From a virus, in the IMG/VR virus record IMGVR_UViG_3300035703_000027, positions 32,001-96,000 of that record: a DNA stretch of 64,000 bases, one strand, 5' to 3'. The position numbers and the translations under genes were made by a program. Below the pieces are notes generated by a model. That model saw only the letters and a list, made by a program, of their open reading frames with translations, searched no databases and was not told the origin of the DNA. Shown in pieces: positions 27,313 to 36,090 of the stretch; position 1 is the stretch's first letter, and each line of letters opens with the position of its first letter.

Positions 27313-27336
27313 GGGCCGCGGCCCGGGGGAGGCGTC

Positions 27337-27663
27337 GTGCGCGGGGTAGACCTGTATCCCTGGCTGCGGTTCTACGTGGCTGTGCTGCGGTGCTTCAACG
27401 GGCTGTCGCTGGGCGGCCTGGTGGTGTTCGTGGTCGCCGCCACCTACGGCACCCTGCAACTGCCCCCGCTGTTCGCGGCGCTGGGCACGGCGTGGGCCCT
27501 GCTGGTCGTCGTCGCCCCGTGGCTCATGTCCATCGCGGTGCTGGGGGTGTTCCACGAGGCCGCCGCCGCCCTTGCGGACCTCGCCGAGGCCGCCGCCGAG
27601 GCGGCCCTTCACGCCGGGCGCATCGAGCGGGGGCTTGCAGCGCCCGCGTCGCACGCGTCGTGA
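27337..27663 (+). CDS. two-TM membrane protein
   Basis: GGGGGAGG RBS; two long hydrophobic stretches. Confidence 0.6.
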   Translation: MRGVDLYPWLRFYVAVLRCFNGLSLGGLVVFVVAATYGTLQLPPLFAALGTAWALLVVVAPWLMSIAVLGVFHEAAAALADLAEAAAEAALHAGRIERGLAAPASHAS

Positions 27664-27693
27664 TCGCACGCTGCGCGCCTGCTGCGTGCAGGC

Positions 27694-27732
27694 GGCAATT
27701 CAGGCGCCGGCGGGCGTGCGGGGCTCTAGAAT
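27694..27732 (+). promoter_or_regulatory. class A promoter GGCAA-N28-TAGAAT
   Basis: GGCAA 27694-27698, TAGAAT 27727-27732. Confidence 0.65.
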
Positions 27733-27751
27733 GGGAGCGGAGGAACGCCCC

Positions 27752-30037
27752 ATGCTGCTGGTCCCGGTTCGCTCATCCCTCTCGCTCTCGGCCTACCTGA
27801 CGCTGCTCAAGGCCCTGATCCAGGTCAAGGCCCACACCCGCAAGGATGGGACGCGGGTCCAGGCGCACACGCGCAACATCCAGTCGAGGGCCGAACGCCG
27901 CGAGCTGGTCGAGGCCCTCGCCAAGAAGATGGGGAGCGGCGAGCACACGCGCCACGCCACCCTGGCGTCCGCGGTCGGCGCGGCGCGCTTCGCCTCGCGC
28001 GCCAACGGCAAGGCCGTGCACGTCTACGAGCACGCCGACGGCGGCTGGGTGGCGACGCACGACGAGACGCACACCGAGGGCCACGACGAGAAGATCGTGG
28101 CCCACAAGGGCAAGGCGCGGCTGCACCGGGCGGGCGAGGCCTCGCGCAGCCTGGCGCACCTCAAGGGTCCGATTGCCGAGCACGTCGAGAAGCCGTTTGT
28201 GCCCAAGGTCAAGCCGGCCCGCCCCAAGGCGGAAAAGAAGCCGGCCCCGACGCCCGTGGCCCCCGCCCCGGGCAAGGTGGACTTCGGCGCGGAGAAAACG
28301 GTCAAGGGGGAGACGCACGTCCCCGTGACGGTGGACGGGCAGATGACGCACGCCTTGACGAAGGACCGCCAGACGGGAGTCTGGGCGTTGCAGCGCGTGG
28401 ACGAGCGCGACCACCAGGGGCCGGTCAAGATGACGCTGGTGCGGGAGGGGATGACCCGAAAGGAAGCCCAGCAGTACGCCGCCGCCCTCGCCGGGAACGA
28501 TGCGGGCGAGCTGGCCCGCGTGCACCAGTACGATCGCGGCGTGCCGGTGTCGGAGATGCCGCAACTCAAGCAGATGCGGGATTTCTCCGCACTGCTTACT
28601 GGGCAGGATGGAGAGGGGCGCACCTGGTACACGCAGGGGTACTACCTCTCAACGGCCAATCAGGATGACTACCTCCTGCCAGGCGCCCAAGAGCAACCGA
28701 TGGTGCGCAGTGCCGGTGTGGTGGATGAGTTCATCCCAGCCGCCACCACCCCGGTCCACCCGGTCGCCTTCAAGACCTCGCCGACCAACGGCCGAACAGG
28801 CGCCGTCGTGTTCGACAACGGCGCCGTTGCAAGCGCCGAATACGTCCAGCGGCTGATGAAGCTGCACCCCGGGGCCTCCTGGCACTACGGCACCACCGCG
28901 ACCTCGGTTGCCGGCGTCCCGATCAACGGCGTGGGCGACGGCAGCTTCCCGTTCGTGCTGAAGGACCGCCACGGCGCGAACGTCGCCATGCTGATGCCGC
29001 TGAAAGCAGAGGCCGGCAAGGACGGCCTCAAGGAGCTGGCCGACCAGGTGGCCGCCGGCTACCGCCCGGCCAGCATAAAGCCCGAAAAGCCCGGATATGA
29101 GGGGCCGGAGGGTAAAGATATGACCGACGACAACGCAGCGGAGAGGAAGGCAGGCAGTGACCTCCGGGCCGCCGTGGCGGACAAGAACGGCGCGGTCGCG
29201 AAGGCACGCATCCGCCTGCACGACGACGTGGCGGACATCTACGCCGTCAAGCACCCCGACGGGCACATCACCGCCACCGTGCACTGGGTCGAAGGACAAA
29301 AGGCGCGCACTCAGCCCCACAACAGCTTCAACCTGGAGGGGTTCACGTCCAGCTTCAGCGGACCCAGGAAGTGGGACACCATCACGGCGTTCAAGCGCGA
29401 CCTGGATCGCAAGTTCGGGGGGAAGGGCTACGTTCATCCGAACTGGCGCGACGCCCACTACGAAAGCGAGCTTGAGGTACGCGACTTCAGCGAGGAGCAC
29501 GCCAGGGCCGTCGCGATCAAGGAAAAGCGGCGCAGGGCCGAAGCAGACGCCTACCGAGCAGGTGAGTCGGGTCGCAATCAAAGCCAGCAGTCCCGTCCCG
29601 TCAACTTGGCCGAGGAGTTAGCCAGGCAGGCAGCCGTGGCGACCGGCGATCGCGCGGACCTCAAGCACCCGGCCACGCGCAAGGCCGTGGTGGACGACCT
29701 TAAGAAGCTCGACGTGCACACCCTGGCGCCGCGGGCGCGGTGGAACAACATCGACCCCGACGTGACGGGCAAGCAGCTCACCGCGCGCGTCCAGCTCAAG
29801 CGGGCCGTGCCGCACCAGATGACGTACATCAACCCGAACACGGGCGAGAACCAGGGCCGTCTGGTCGAGCATGACGGCTACGATCTTCAGTGGCACCCCG
29901 ATCGGGGCGTCTCGCTCAAGAACGACGATGGCAAGAAGGTCTGGTCCGACCCGGCGGCCACGAAGGACCCCGTGGCTGCCGTGAAGGCCGCGCTTCAGGC
30001 CGCCAACGCGCTGCCGGATATGACCTACAAGTCCTGA
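27752..30037 (+). CDS. cargo-leader protein, isolated copy with an unrelated C-terminal region
   Basis: GGAGG RBS; LLK/AL plus conserved leader; ends ...DMTYKS. Confidence 0.8.
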   Translation: MLLVPVRSSLSLSAYLTLLKALIQVKAHTRKDGTRVQAHTRNIQSRAERRELVEALAKKMGSGEHTRHATLASAVGAARFASRANGKAVHVYEHADGGWVATHDETHTEGHDEKIVAHKGKARLHRAGEASRSLAHLKGPIAEHVEKPFVPKVKPARPKAEKKPAPTPVAPAPGKVDFGAEKTVKGETHVPVTVDGQMTHALTKDRQTGVWALQRVDERDHQGPVKMTLVREGMTRKEAQQYAAALAGNDAGELARVHQYDRGVPVSEMPQLKQMRDFSALLTGQDGEGRTWYTQGYYLSTANQDDYLLPGAQEQPMVRSAGVVDEFIPAATTPVHPVAFKTSPTNGRTGAVVFDNGAVASAEYVQRLMKLHPGASWHYGTTATSVAGVPINGVGDGSFPFVLKDRHGANVAMLMPLKAEAGKDGLKELADQVAAGYRPASIKPEKPGYEGPEGKDMTDDNAAERKAGSDLRAAVADKNGAVAKARIRLHDDVADIYAVKHPDGHITATVHWVEGQKARTQPHNSFNLEGFTSSFSGPRKWDTITAFKRDLDRKFGGKGYVHPNWRDAHYESELEVRDFSEEHARAVAIKEKRRRAEADAYRAGESGRNQSQQSRPVNLAEELARQAAVATGDRADLKHPATRKAVVDDLKKLDVHTLAPRARWNNIDPDVTGKQLTARVQLKRAVPHQMTYINPNTGENQGRLVEHDGYDLQWHPDRGVSLKNDDGKKVWSDPAATKDPVAAVKAALQAANALPDMTYKS

Positions 30038-30089
30038 GCAGCACGGCCGCGGCGCGCGCGCAGCATGCAAGCTGCACGCGCGCCGCGTG

Positions 30090-30755
30090 CTAGAAGCGCA
30101 TCCCCACCCCGACAAAGGGGCCGTGCCCGGCGGGCGCCCAGCTCCCCTGGTAGCCCAGGGCGGCGAACACCTTGTCCCCCGCGGCGATCGCGAGGCCGGC
30201 CTGGTTGAGGTTGGCCTCCACGTCCAGGCTCACCTCCAGCGCGCCGGCCGCCTGGGGCAGCACGTGCCAGTCCGCGAGGGGCCGCAGCGGCGTGCCGCGC
30301 ACGAGCTGCACGTCGAGCGCCACCACGCCCGGGAACGTGCCCGCGAGCACCCCGAGCCGGGCGTGGGCCTCGGGCGCCTGGGGCCCAGCCTGCATGGGCA
30401 TGGCCTGCATCAGCGGGGCCGGGTGCACGGTGGTCCGGGTCTTGGTGACGATCTTGATCACCTCGCCCGCGGGGCCCGGGGGCAGCGTGGGCACCGCGGA
30501 GGGCTCGCCCGGCTGTGCTGGCATCCCGGGCGGGCGCCCCGGCACCGCGGGGGTCGCTGTCGCCACGTGGCCGCCGGCCGGCCGCACGACCACCACCTCC
30601 GTCGTCGTCTGCGTCTCCACCCAGGGCGTCGCCACCGGCGTGGGCTTACCCACCGGCGCCACCGGGGTGGGCTTGTCGCACCCGACGTGCTGGCTGGCCC
30701 ACGTCAGTACGCCCAGGACCACCGCGCCGGCCGCGCCGGCCTTCTTCTTCTCCAT
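30090..30755 (-). CDS. membrane-anchored protein with beta-rich C-terminus
   Basis: GAGGAGG RBS; N-terminal hydrophobic segment plus GC; Pro-rich linker; ends FVGVGMRF. Confidence 0.65.
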   Translation of the reverse strand: MEKKKAGAAGAVVLGVLTWASQHVGCDKPTPVAPVGKPTPVATPWVETQTTTEVVVVRPAGGHVATATPAVPGRPPGMPAQPGEPSAVPTLPPGPAGEVIKIVTKTRTTVHPAPLMQAMPMQAGPQAPEAHARLGVLAGTFPGVVALDVQLVRGTPLRPLADWHVLPQAAGALEVSLDVEANLNQAGLAIAAGDKVFAALGYQGSWAPAGHGPFVGVGMRF

Positions 30756-30781
30756 GACGCCCTCCTCAACGAGACGCCCCC

Positions 30782-30821
30782 AGCATAGGCCCCGCCAGCC
30801 TCGCCGGGCGCCCGCGTTGCC
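30782..30821 (-). promoter_or_regulatory. class A promoter GGCAA-N29-TATGCT
   Basis: Forward strand AGCATA 30782-30787, TTGCC 30817-30821. Confidence 0.7.
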
Positions 30822-30859
30822 ACCGCGCAGCACGCACGCGGCACTCGCGCTGCATGGTG

Positions 30860-30897
30860 GCAGCGTGCGCGCAGCGCCAGGGGTGCGCGCACGCTGC
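30860..30897. repeat. perfect 14-bp inverted repeat GCAGCGTGCGCGCA / TGCGCGCACGCTGC
   Basis: Arms 30860-30873 and 30884-30897, directly after the thyX stop. Confidence 0.75.
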
Positions 30898-30901
30898 GCG
30901 C

Positions 30902-31675
30902 CTATCGGACCGCCTTCAGCTTCGTCTCCAGGCTGGCCGGCAGCCCCTGGGGCTTCGCCTCGCGCAGCGCGAGGGCCTCCGTGCGCGACAGCCGGACCCC
31001 GCCGCGCACGTGCTCCTCCCAGGCCGCCACCGCGGCCGGCACGTGCGGCGTGATGAGGTCCAGCAGCGCCTGCGCGTACACCTGGATCTCCTGCTGCGCG
31101 TGCGCGTCGATCCGCAGGCTGATGAACCGCAGCAGGTTGTGCAGGTCGATCCGCCAGTACCACTCCGTGTAGAGCGACAGCGGCAGCACCAGCCGCGCCA
31201 GCTCGCGCGCGACCCCCGCCTCCAGCAGCCCGTCGTAGGCCGCATAGGCCTCCGCGTTCTGCATGGCGAGGGCCGCGATCGCCTCCTGTGCCACCTCGGG
31301 CGGCAGGGCCTCGCCGCTGCCTTGCCGGTTCACCGGGTCCTGCCCCTGGATGCGCCCGGGTTCGGGCTGGTAGAACACGTCCTTGAGCACGCTGTAGCGC
31401 CCCGACACCTCGTTCACGCTCGCCATCCGGTGCCGCAGCCACTGCCGCGCCACGAACAGCGGCGCCCGCACGTGGAACTTGAACACCACCATCTCCAGCG
31501 GCGTCGTGTGCTGGTTCCGCACCAGGTAGTCGATCAGGCGCGCGTCCTCGCGCACCGTCTTGGTGCCCTCGCCGTAGCTCACCCGCGCCGCCTGCACGAT
31601 CGCGGCGTCGCTCCCCATCACGTCCACGAGCCGCACCAGCCCGTGGTCGAGCACCCGAATCGTCGCCTCGCTCAC
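30902..31675 (-). CDS. thyX: FAD-dependent thymidylate synthase
   Basis: IVQAARVSY; HTTPLEMVVFKF; VARQWLRHRMASVNEVSGRY; GTG start behind GGGAGG. Confidence 0.95.
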   Translation of the reverse strand: MSEATIRVLDHGLVRLVDVMGSDAAIVQAARVSYGEGTKTVREDARLIDYLVRNQHTTPLEMVVFKFHVRAPLFVARQWLRHRMASVNEVSGRYSVLKDVFYQPEPGRIQGQDPVNRQGSGEALPPEVAQEAIAALAMQNAEAYAAYDGLLEAGVARELARLVLPLSLYTEWYWRIDLHNLLRFISLRIDAHAQQEIQVYAQALLDLITPHVPAAVAAWEEHVRGGVRLSRTEALALREAKPQGLPASLETKLKAVR

Positions 31676-31819
31676 AGTGTCTTGCCCTCCCCTGTATGCC
31701 GCCGCCAGGTGGTAAACCCGGCGCATCCCGTCATGCACGATGCCCCATCCCTCGTTTGCTGCGTCCGTGCCGCCCGCGCGCAGCGTGCACGCGACGTGCG
31801 CACGGCGGCCGTGCCGCTT

Positions 31820-32605
31820 TCAGCGCCACCGCGCCCGCAGTCGGTCCAGCGTCTGGCGCGCCAGGCGCCCGCAATCCTGGGCCGGCGCCTGGCTGTAGCC
31901 TCCCTGCTCGTCGCGCGGGCATTTCCAGTTTTCTTCCTTGGCGTAGTGGAGCAGGGCCTCCTTCGCCTCCAGCAGCTCTCGCTCCCGACGCTCCACCGTC
32001 TCCAGTGCATCCGCCAGGGGCTGGACACTCCAGTCCCCGTCGCAGCGCGCGCCCTGGGCCTTGTGCTCGCGCAAGAAGGCGCGGGTCGCCTTCGCCACCG
32101 GCGCCGACGCACCCTTGCTGTGTTCCTCCAGCAGCCCTGCCGCCTCATCGAGCCGGCCTATCAGCGCATGGACCTGTTGCAAGGTTGCTTCATGCGCGCG
32201 GAGGATGGCGCCCTCGGCCTCCCAGTCCCGGAGCGCCGCCCGGGCCAGGGCCTCCTGAGCCTCCTGCCACTTTTCCGTGGCTGCGTGGGCTTGGTTGCGC
32301 ACAACACGTCCCACGCGCTCGGCGAGCAGCTCGGCCATGGTCGCCTCGGACCACGCCGGCGGCGCCGACAGCGACAGCTTGGGCCGGCCATCCGGCGCAA
32401 AGTTCATGTGCACCTGTACGGTGTTTGGCTCGTCCGATGGCACGAGGGTGCGCAATCGCGCCACCTCTTCGAGCAAATATTGGACGTTTTCCACCGCCTC
32501 CAGCGACAGCCGGAACAGCTCCGTCCTTTTGCTGGGCCATGGGCCGTGGTTCACTTCCTGCCACCAGGCGGCAATCTTCTCGATGTCGTAATGGTCGTTT
32601 GTCAT
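31820..32605 (-). CDS. Ead/Ea22-like protein with coiled coil
   Basis: YDIEKIAAW...GPW...VQYLLEEVARLR. Confidence 0.55.
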   Translation of the reverse strand: MTNDHYDIEKIAAWWQEVNHGPWPSKRTELFRLSLEAVENVQYLLEEVARLRTLVPSDEPNTVQVHMNFAPDGRPKLSLSAPPAWSEATMAELLAERVGRVVRNQAHAATEKWQEAQEALARAALRDWEAEGAILRAHEATLQQVHALIGRLDEAAGLLEEHSKGASAPVAKATRAFLREHKAQGARCDGDWSVQPLADALETVERRERELLEAKEALLHYAKEENWKCPRDEQGGYSQAPAQDCGRLARQTLDRLRARWR

Positions 32606-33402
32606 GTCGATGCCTCGTCAGGGGTGTGCCAGTAGGCGAACGCCACCGGCACGCACTCGCGCGCCTTGAACGCCAGGCACTCGTAACCCACGTCGCTCCC
32701 GGGGTTCGGCAGGCCCGCGGCGCACGTGCGGCATGCCAGGTCGCCCTTCTTGCGCCCGGCCACCTTGCAGACCGGACAAGCCCCCGTGGCCTTGCCCGTG
32801 TGGGGGGCCGCGAAGGACACCCCGCAGACCGTGCACTGCGCCACATGCTGCGAGGGCGGGGCGGACGGCTTGCGCAGCACCTTGGGGATGGCCCCGCGGG
32901 GCTCGGGCTGCTTCTCGGGTGCCTTGCCACGGGCGCGCGCGAGCCCTTCGGCCAGGCTGGTGGCCTTGAGGGCCGCGAGCAACTGCGCCCGCTCCGCCTC
33001 CGCAGCCTGCGCGCGGCGTTCAAGCTGCGCGCACGTCGCTTCCAGGCTGCTCGCGCGCAGCGCCACGTCCCGCATCGGGGGGCCGGCCTGCGCCTTCAGG
33101 GGCGCCAGCTCGGCCTCTGCTGCGTCCGCGCGGCGCTTGTGCTGCTCGCATGCTGCGTCCATGTCGCGCAGGCGCTGCTCCAGCAGCTCGACCTCGCGCT
33201 CCTTCAGGCCCAGCCGGGCCCGCAGCACGCCGGCGCCGTCCGGGGCCTCGGTCAGCGCGGCGAGGCGCCCCTGCGCCTCGATGGCGCGCACCTCGGCCGC
33301 CGCCGCCATCCGCACCACGTCGCACAGCTCGCGCAGGTGCAGGTGGGCGCGCTCCGACCAGTAGACGATCGCGCGCGTCACCTCCGTGTGGGCGTCAGCC
33401 AT
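32602..33402 (-). CDS. coiled-coil protein with C-terminal zinc-finger-like Cys pairs
   Basis: CTVC, CPVC, CRTC. Confidence 0.6.
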   Translation of the reverse strand: MADAHTEVTRAIVYWSERAHLHLRELCDVVRMAAAAEVRAIEAQGRLAALTEAPDGAGVLRARLGLKEREVELLEQRLRDMDAACEQHKRRADAAEAELAPLKAQAGPPMRDVALRASSLEATCAQLERRAQAAEAERAQLLAALKATSLAEGLARARGKAPEKQPEPRGAIPKVLRKPSAPPSQHVAQCTVCGVSFAAPHTGKATGACPVCKVAGRKKGDLACRTCAAGLPNPGSDVGYECLAFKARECVPVAFAYWHTPDEAST

Positions 33403-34267
33403 CGACGGCGCCCCCCTTGATGACGAGGCCGTCGGCGCTGTCGTCTCCGCCAGCGCCGCCGTCGCACGTGAACGGGCCGCACGAATACTGCCCGTCGGCG
33501 GCATCGTCGAGCAGCGACAACTGCCAGCGGTGGCTGCCGTTCACCACCTCGTCGAGGGGCCGCAGCGCGCCTGTCATGTACATGGGATCGCGCCCGAGCT
33601 TGGCGCGCCGCTCGTTGATCATCCGCTCAAGCGCCACGGACTTCGCAAACAGGTCCGGGTGCGCATCATAGATGCGGCGCCACTCCTTGACGGTGTGGAA
33701 AGGGCAGAAAAAGCACGACGACTTGGGCGGGACGGGCAGCCCGGCATCACGAATGACAGCCTTGCAGTCCTCCCGATTCAGCTCCAGGTCGATCAGCGGG
33801 TGCGCGTTGCGCAGGTGCGAAAGCTGGCTCGGCTTCATTCTCTGGATCTCGTCCACGCTGATGCCGATGCCGACCGTCCCGGGGTTGGTCTTTGTCGCCC
33901 CATGCGCCCGCATCCACTTCGAGACAACCCGGATCTTAAAGTCGGCCGTGCAGCTTCGATTGCCGGGTGCCCCCGACTGGAGCCGCATGGGGATGTCGAT
34001 GCTGCGCTCGGTGCGGTGCAGCTTCCCCCACAGCGTCTCGCGGGTGCCGTCCCGCCGGGTCTTGTGCAGCTCGATGAGGTCAAGCCCGTGCTTGGCGGCG
34101 AAGGGCACCGCCACCTCCCGCAGGTAGACCATCGTCTCGGGATACTCGCTGTCATCCCCCACGTTGGCAAACAGGAAGGTCCGGTAGTCGATCCGCCCCT
34201 CGGCGGCGAGCACCAGGGCGGCCATGGACTGAACGCCACCACCGAAGCTGAACGCCTTGGGAATCAT
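33395..34267 (-). CDS. PAPS-reductase / adenine-nucleotide alpha-hydrolase family protein
   Basis: AFSFGGGVQS PP-loop; FANVGDDSEYPET; SCTADFK; SSCFFCPFH. Confidence 0.8.
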   Translation of the reverse strand: MIPKAFSFGGGVQSMAALVLAAEGRIDYRTFLFANVGDDSEYPETMVYLREVAVPFAAKHGLDLIELHKTRRDGTRETLWGKLHRTERSIDIPMRLQSGAPGNRSCTADFKIRVVSKWMRAHGATKTNPGTVGIGISVDEIQRMKPSQLSHLRNAHPLIDLELNREDCKAVIRDAGLPVPPKSSCFFCPFHTVKEWRRIYDAHPDLFAKSVALERMINERRAKLGRDPMYMTGALRPLDEVVNGSHRWQLSLLDDAADGQYSCGPFTCDGGAGGDDSADGLVIKGGAVDG

Positions 34268-34305
34268 CGGAACCCTCCACACGGCAGGCGAGGCCCGCCC
34301 TCACA

Positions 34306-34345
34306 GTCGTACAGGGAAAAACACACCCCGTCACGCACTTTTGCC
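34306..34345 (-). promoter_or_regulatory. class A promoter GGCAA-N29-TACGAC
   Basis: Forward strand GTCGTA 34306-34311, TTGCC 34341-34345. Confidence 0.6.
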
Positions 34346-34519
34346 ACCCTCTCCGGCCGCCTCCCGCAGCACCTCCAGCGCCCCGATCGCCCGGCTGGAC
34401 ACCTGCTCGGCGCGGGCGAGGTCCGCCCGCAATCCGTCCACCATCCCGAGCAGCGCCTCCAGGTGCGCCGGCGTGTAGGTCTTGCTGGCGATCGCCGCCC
34501 GGATGGCCTCAAGCTCCAC
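34331..34519 (-). CDS. small Ead/Ea22-like protein
   Basis: MELEAIRAAI...LEALLGMVDGLR. Confidence 0.5.
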   Translation of the reverse strand: MELEAIRAAIASKTYTPAHLEALLGMVDGLRADLARAEQVSSRAIGALEVLREAAGEGGKSA

Positions 34520-35336
34520 GGACCACCCCCTTCAGCAGCTCGCCGGCCCGGATGGCCGCCCCGCTGATGGCGTCCCGGGCCGCCCGGCGGTCCCGCTCCG
34601 ACACCCAGTACGTCAGCCCGCCGTCGGCGGCCTCCTCCCGGCGCACGGCCAGCGCGGCGAGGTCGGCGTGGCTCTGCGCGGCCTCCGCCGCCACCGTGCC
34701 CAGCAGCGAGCCTTCGAGGTCGCCGTCCGCGAGCCGCACCTCCGCCTCGCGGGCCCCGAGGCCCGGCAGCACCACCTGGTCGGCGTCCACGCCGGCCGCC
34801 GCGGCGGCCTCGTGCTCCTCCAGCCAGGCGGGCGGCGGCAGCACCGCGAGCCGGTACACCTGCCCGAGCGTGAAGCGCTCCAGCAACCAGGCCCCCTCGT
34901 AGCGCAGCGTCAGCGCGCCCTTGATGGGCGGGGCGTCGTCGTCCCCCGCGTAGGGCTTGAACGCCATCACGGCCAGCTCGTCCCCGTCCGCCTTGCCGGG
35001 CACGGCGCGGCCCATCTCCGCAAGCACCATGAGCACCGCGAGGCGCTCGCCGTCGAGCAGCAGGGGCTGGGGCATCCCGTCGGCGTCGAGCGGGGCCTCC
35101 CGCAGCCGCACCACCTGGTGGTCCCGCGGGGCCGCGAGCGGCAGCCCGCCCTCCTGGGCCAGCGTGCAGCGTGCACGCAGCCCGGGCTCGTGCCGGCTCT
35201 CCTTGAGCCCGTAGGTGCTCGTGATGACCTCCTCCTTGGCCGTCCGGCGGATGCTGGCGCAGCGGGTGATGAACGTCAACAGGTCGGCGGCGTCCGCCTC
35301 GGCGCGCAGGCGCTCGGCGGGAGTCGTGTCAGGCAT
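34509..35336 (-). CDS. hypothetical protein
   Basis: GGAGG RBS; 275 aa; coupled to its neighbours. Confidence 0.65.
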   Translation of the reverse strand: MPDTTPAERLRAEADAADLLTFITRCASIRRTAKEEVITSTYGLKESRHEPGLRARCTLAQEGGLPLAAPRDHQVVRLREAPLDADGMPQPLLLDGERLAVLMVLAEMGRAVPGKADGDELAVMAFKPYAGDDDAPPIKGALTLRYEGAWLLERFTLGQVYRLAVLPPPAWLEEHEAAAAAGVDADQVVLPGLGAREAEVRLADGDLEGSLLGTVAAEAAQSHADLAALAVRREEAADGGLTYWVSERDRRAARDAISGAAIRAGELLKGVVRGA

Positions 35337-36090
35337 GGGAACCTCCTTGAAGGGTCGCGCGGTGCGCGCGGATGAGGGCGGGCAGCTCGTCGTGCAGCAG
35401 GGTGCGCAGCATCGGCGAGGTGGCGAGGGCGGGCCCGAGGGCGCCGAGGCAGGCCTCCAGCATCGTCAGGCGCCCGAGGTCGAAGGTGGCGTCGTCCCCC
35501 TGCGCCCCGCGATCGGACGGAGGCTCCGGGGGCACCGTGTCCCAGTCGAGGGGCGGCGCGTCGTCCGGGCGGGGCTTCGGCAGCACGGGCGCAGCGGGCG
35601 CGCTGCGCGCGTGCTGCGCGCGGGCGGCGTCCGTGCTGCCCGCGTAGCAGGCGACACACACCGCCCCGATCAGGACCAGCCCGGGCGGCTTGCGCTGACA
35701 CGCCGCGCAGGCGTCGCCCGTTCGCCCGATCCGGGGCTTTTGATACGCCAGCGCAGCAAACAGCGGGCTCCAGCGCCCCTGCCACAACCCCACCATGTGC
35801 GCCCGTTGCCGGGCGCGGTCATAGCACAGCGCACACAGGCCCTGGCAGTCGGCCGTGCGCTCGCACCCGGCGGAGCATGAGGGGTGTGAGCGCGGCGCTT
35901 GCGGTGCCGGCCCGTCGGCGCCCGCCGGCACCTCGACCTTGAGCTGGCTCGACTCGTCGGCGGCGTGGGGCTGCACCAGCACCTCCAGGGCGCGCCGCCG
36001 GGCGCGGCGTGCGGCCCCCGACGCAAGGCCACCGAGGTGGCCGGCGCGCACGCACCGGGGGTTCTTGGCCTTGTCGTGGCCGTCAGGCAT
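35329..36090 (-). CDS. Cys-rich zinc-finger protein, tandem paralog 1
   Basis: GLCALCYDR, CAACQR repeats; C-terminal domain shared with the next gene. Confidence 0.6.
   Translation of the reverse strand: MPDGHDKAKNPRCVRAGHLGGLASGAARRARRRALEVLVQPHAADESSQLKVEVPAGADGPAPQAPRSHPSCSAGCERTADCQGLCALCYDRARQRAHMVGLWQGRWSPLFAALAYQKPRIGRTGDACAACQRKPPGLVLIGAVCVACYAGSTDAARAQHARSAPAAPVLPKPRPDDAPPLDWDTVPPEPPSDRGAQGDDATFDLGRLTMLEACLGALGPALATSPMLRTLLHDELPALIRAHRATLQGGSHA

Noticed and set aside
18505-31805. GCACGCTGC-type repeats as a CRISPR or mini-array
   Set aside because: Units are short, degenerate and irregularly spaced, with no constant repeat-spacer periodicity and no cas genes.
34509-35336. Possible RdgC-like recombination protein
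   Set aside because: Only a vague impression with no diagnostic motif; left as hypothetical.
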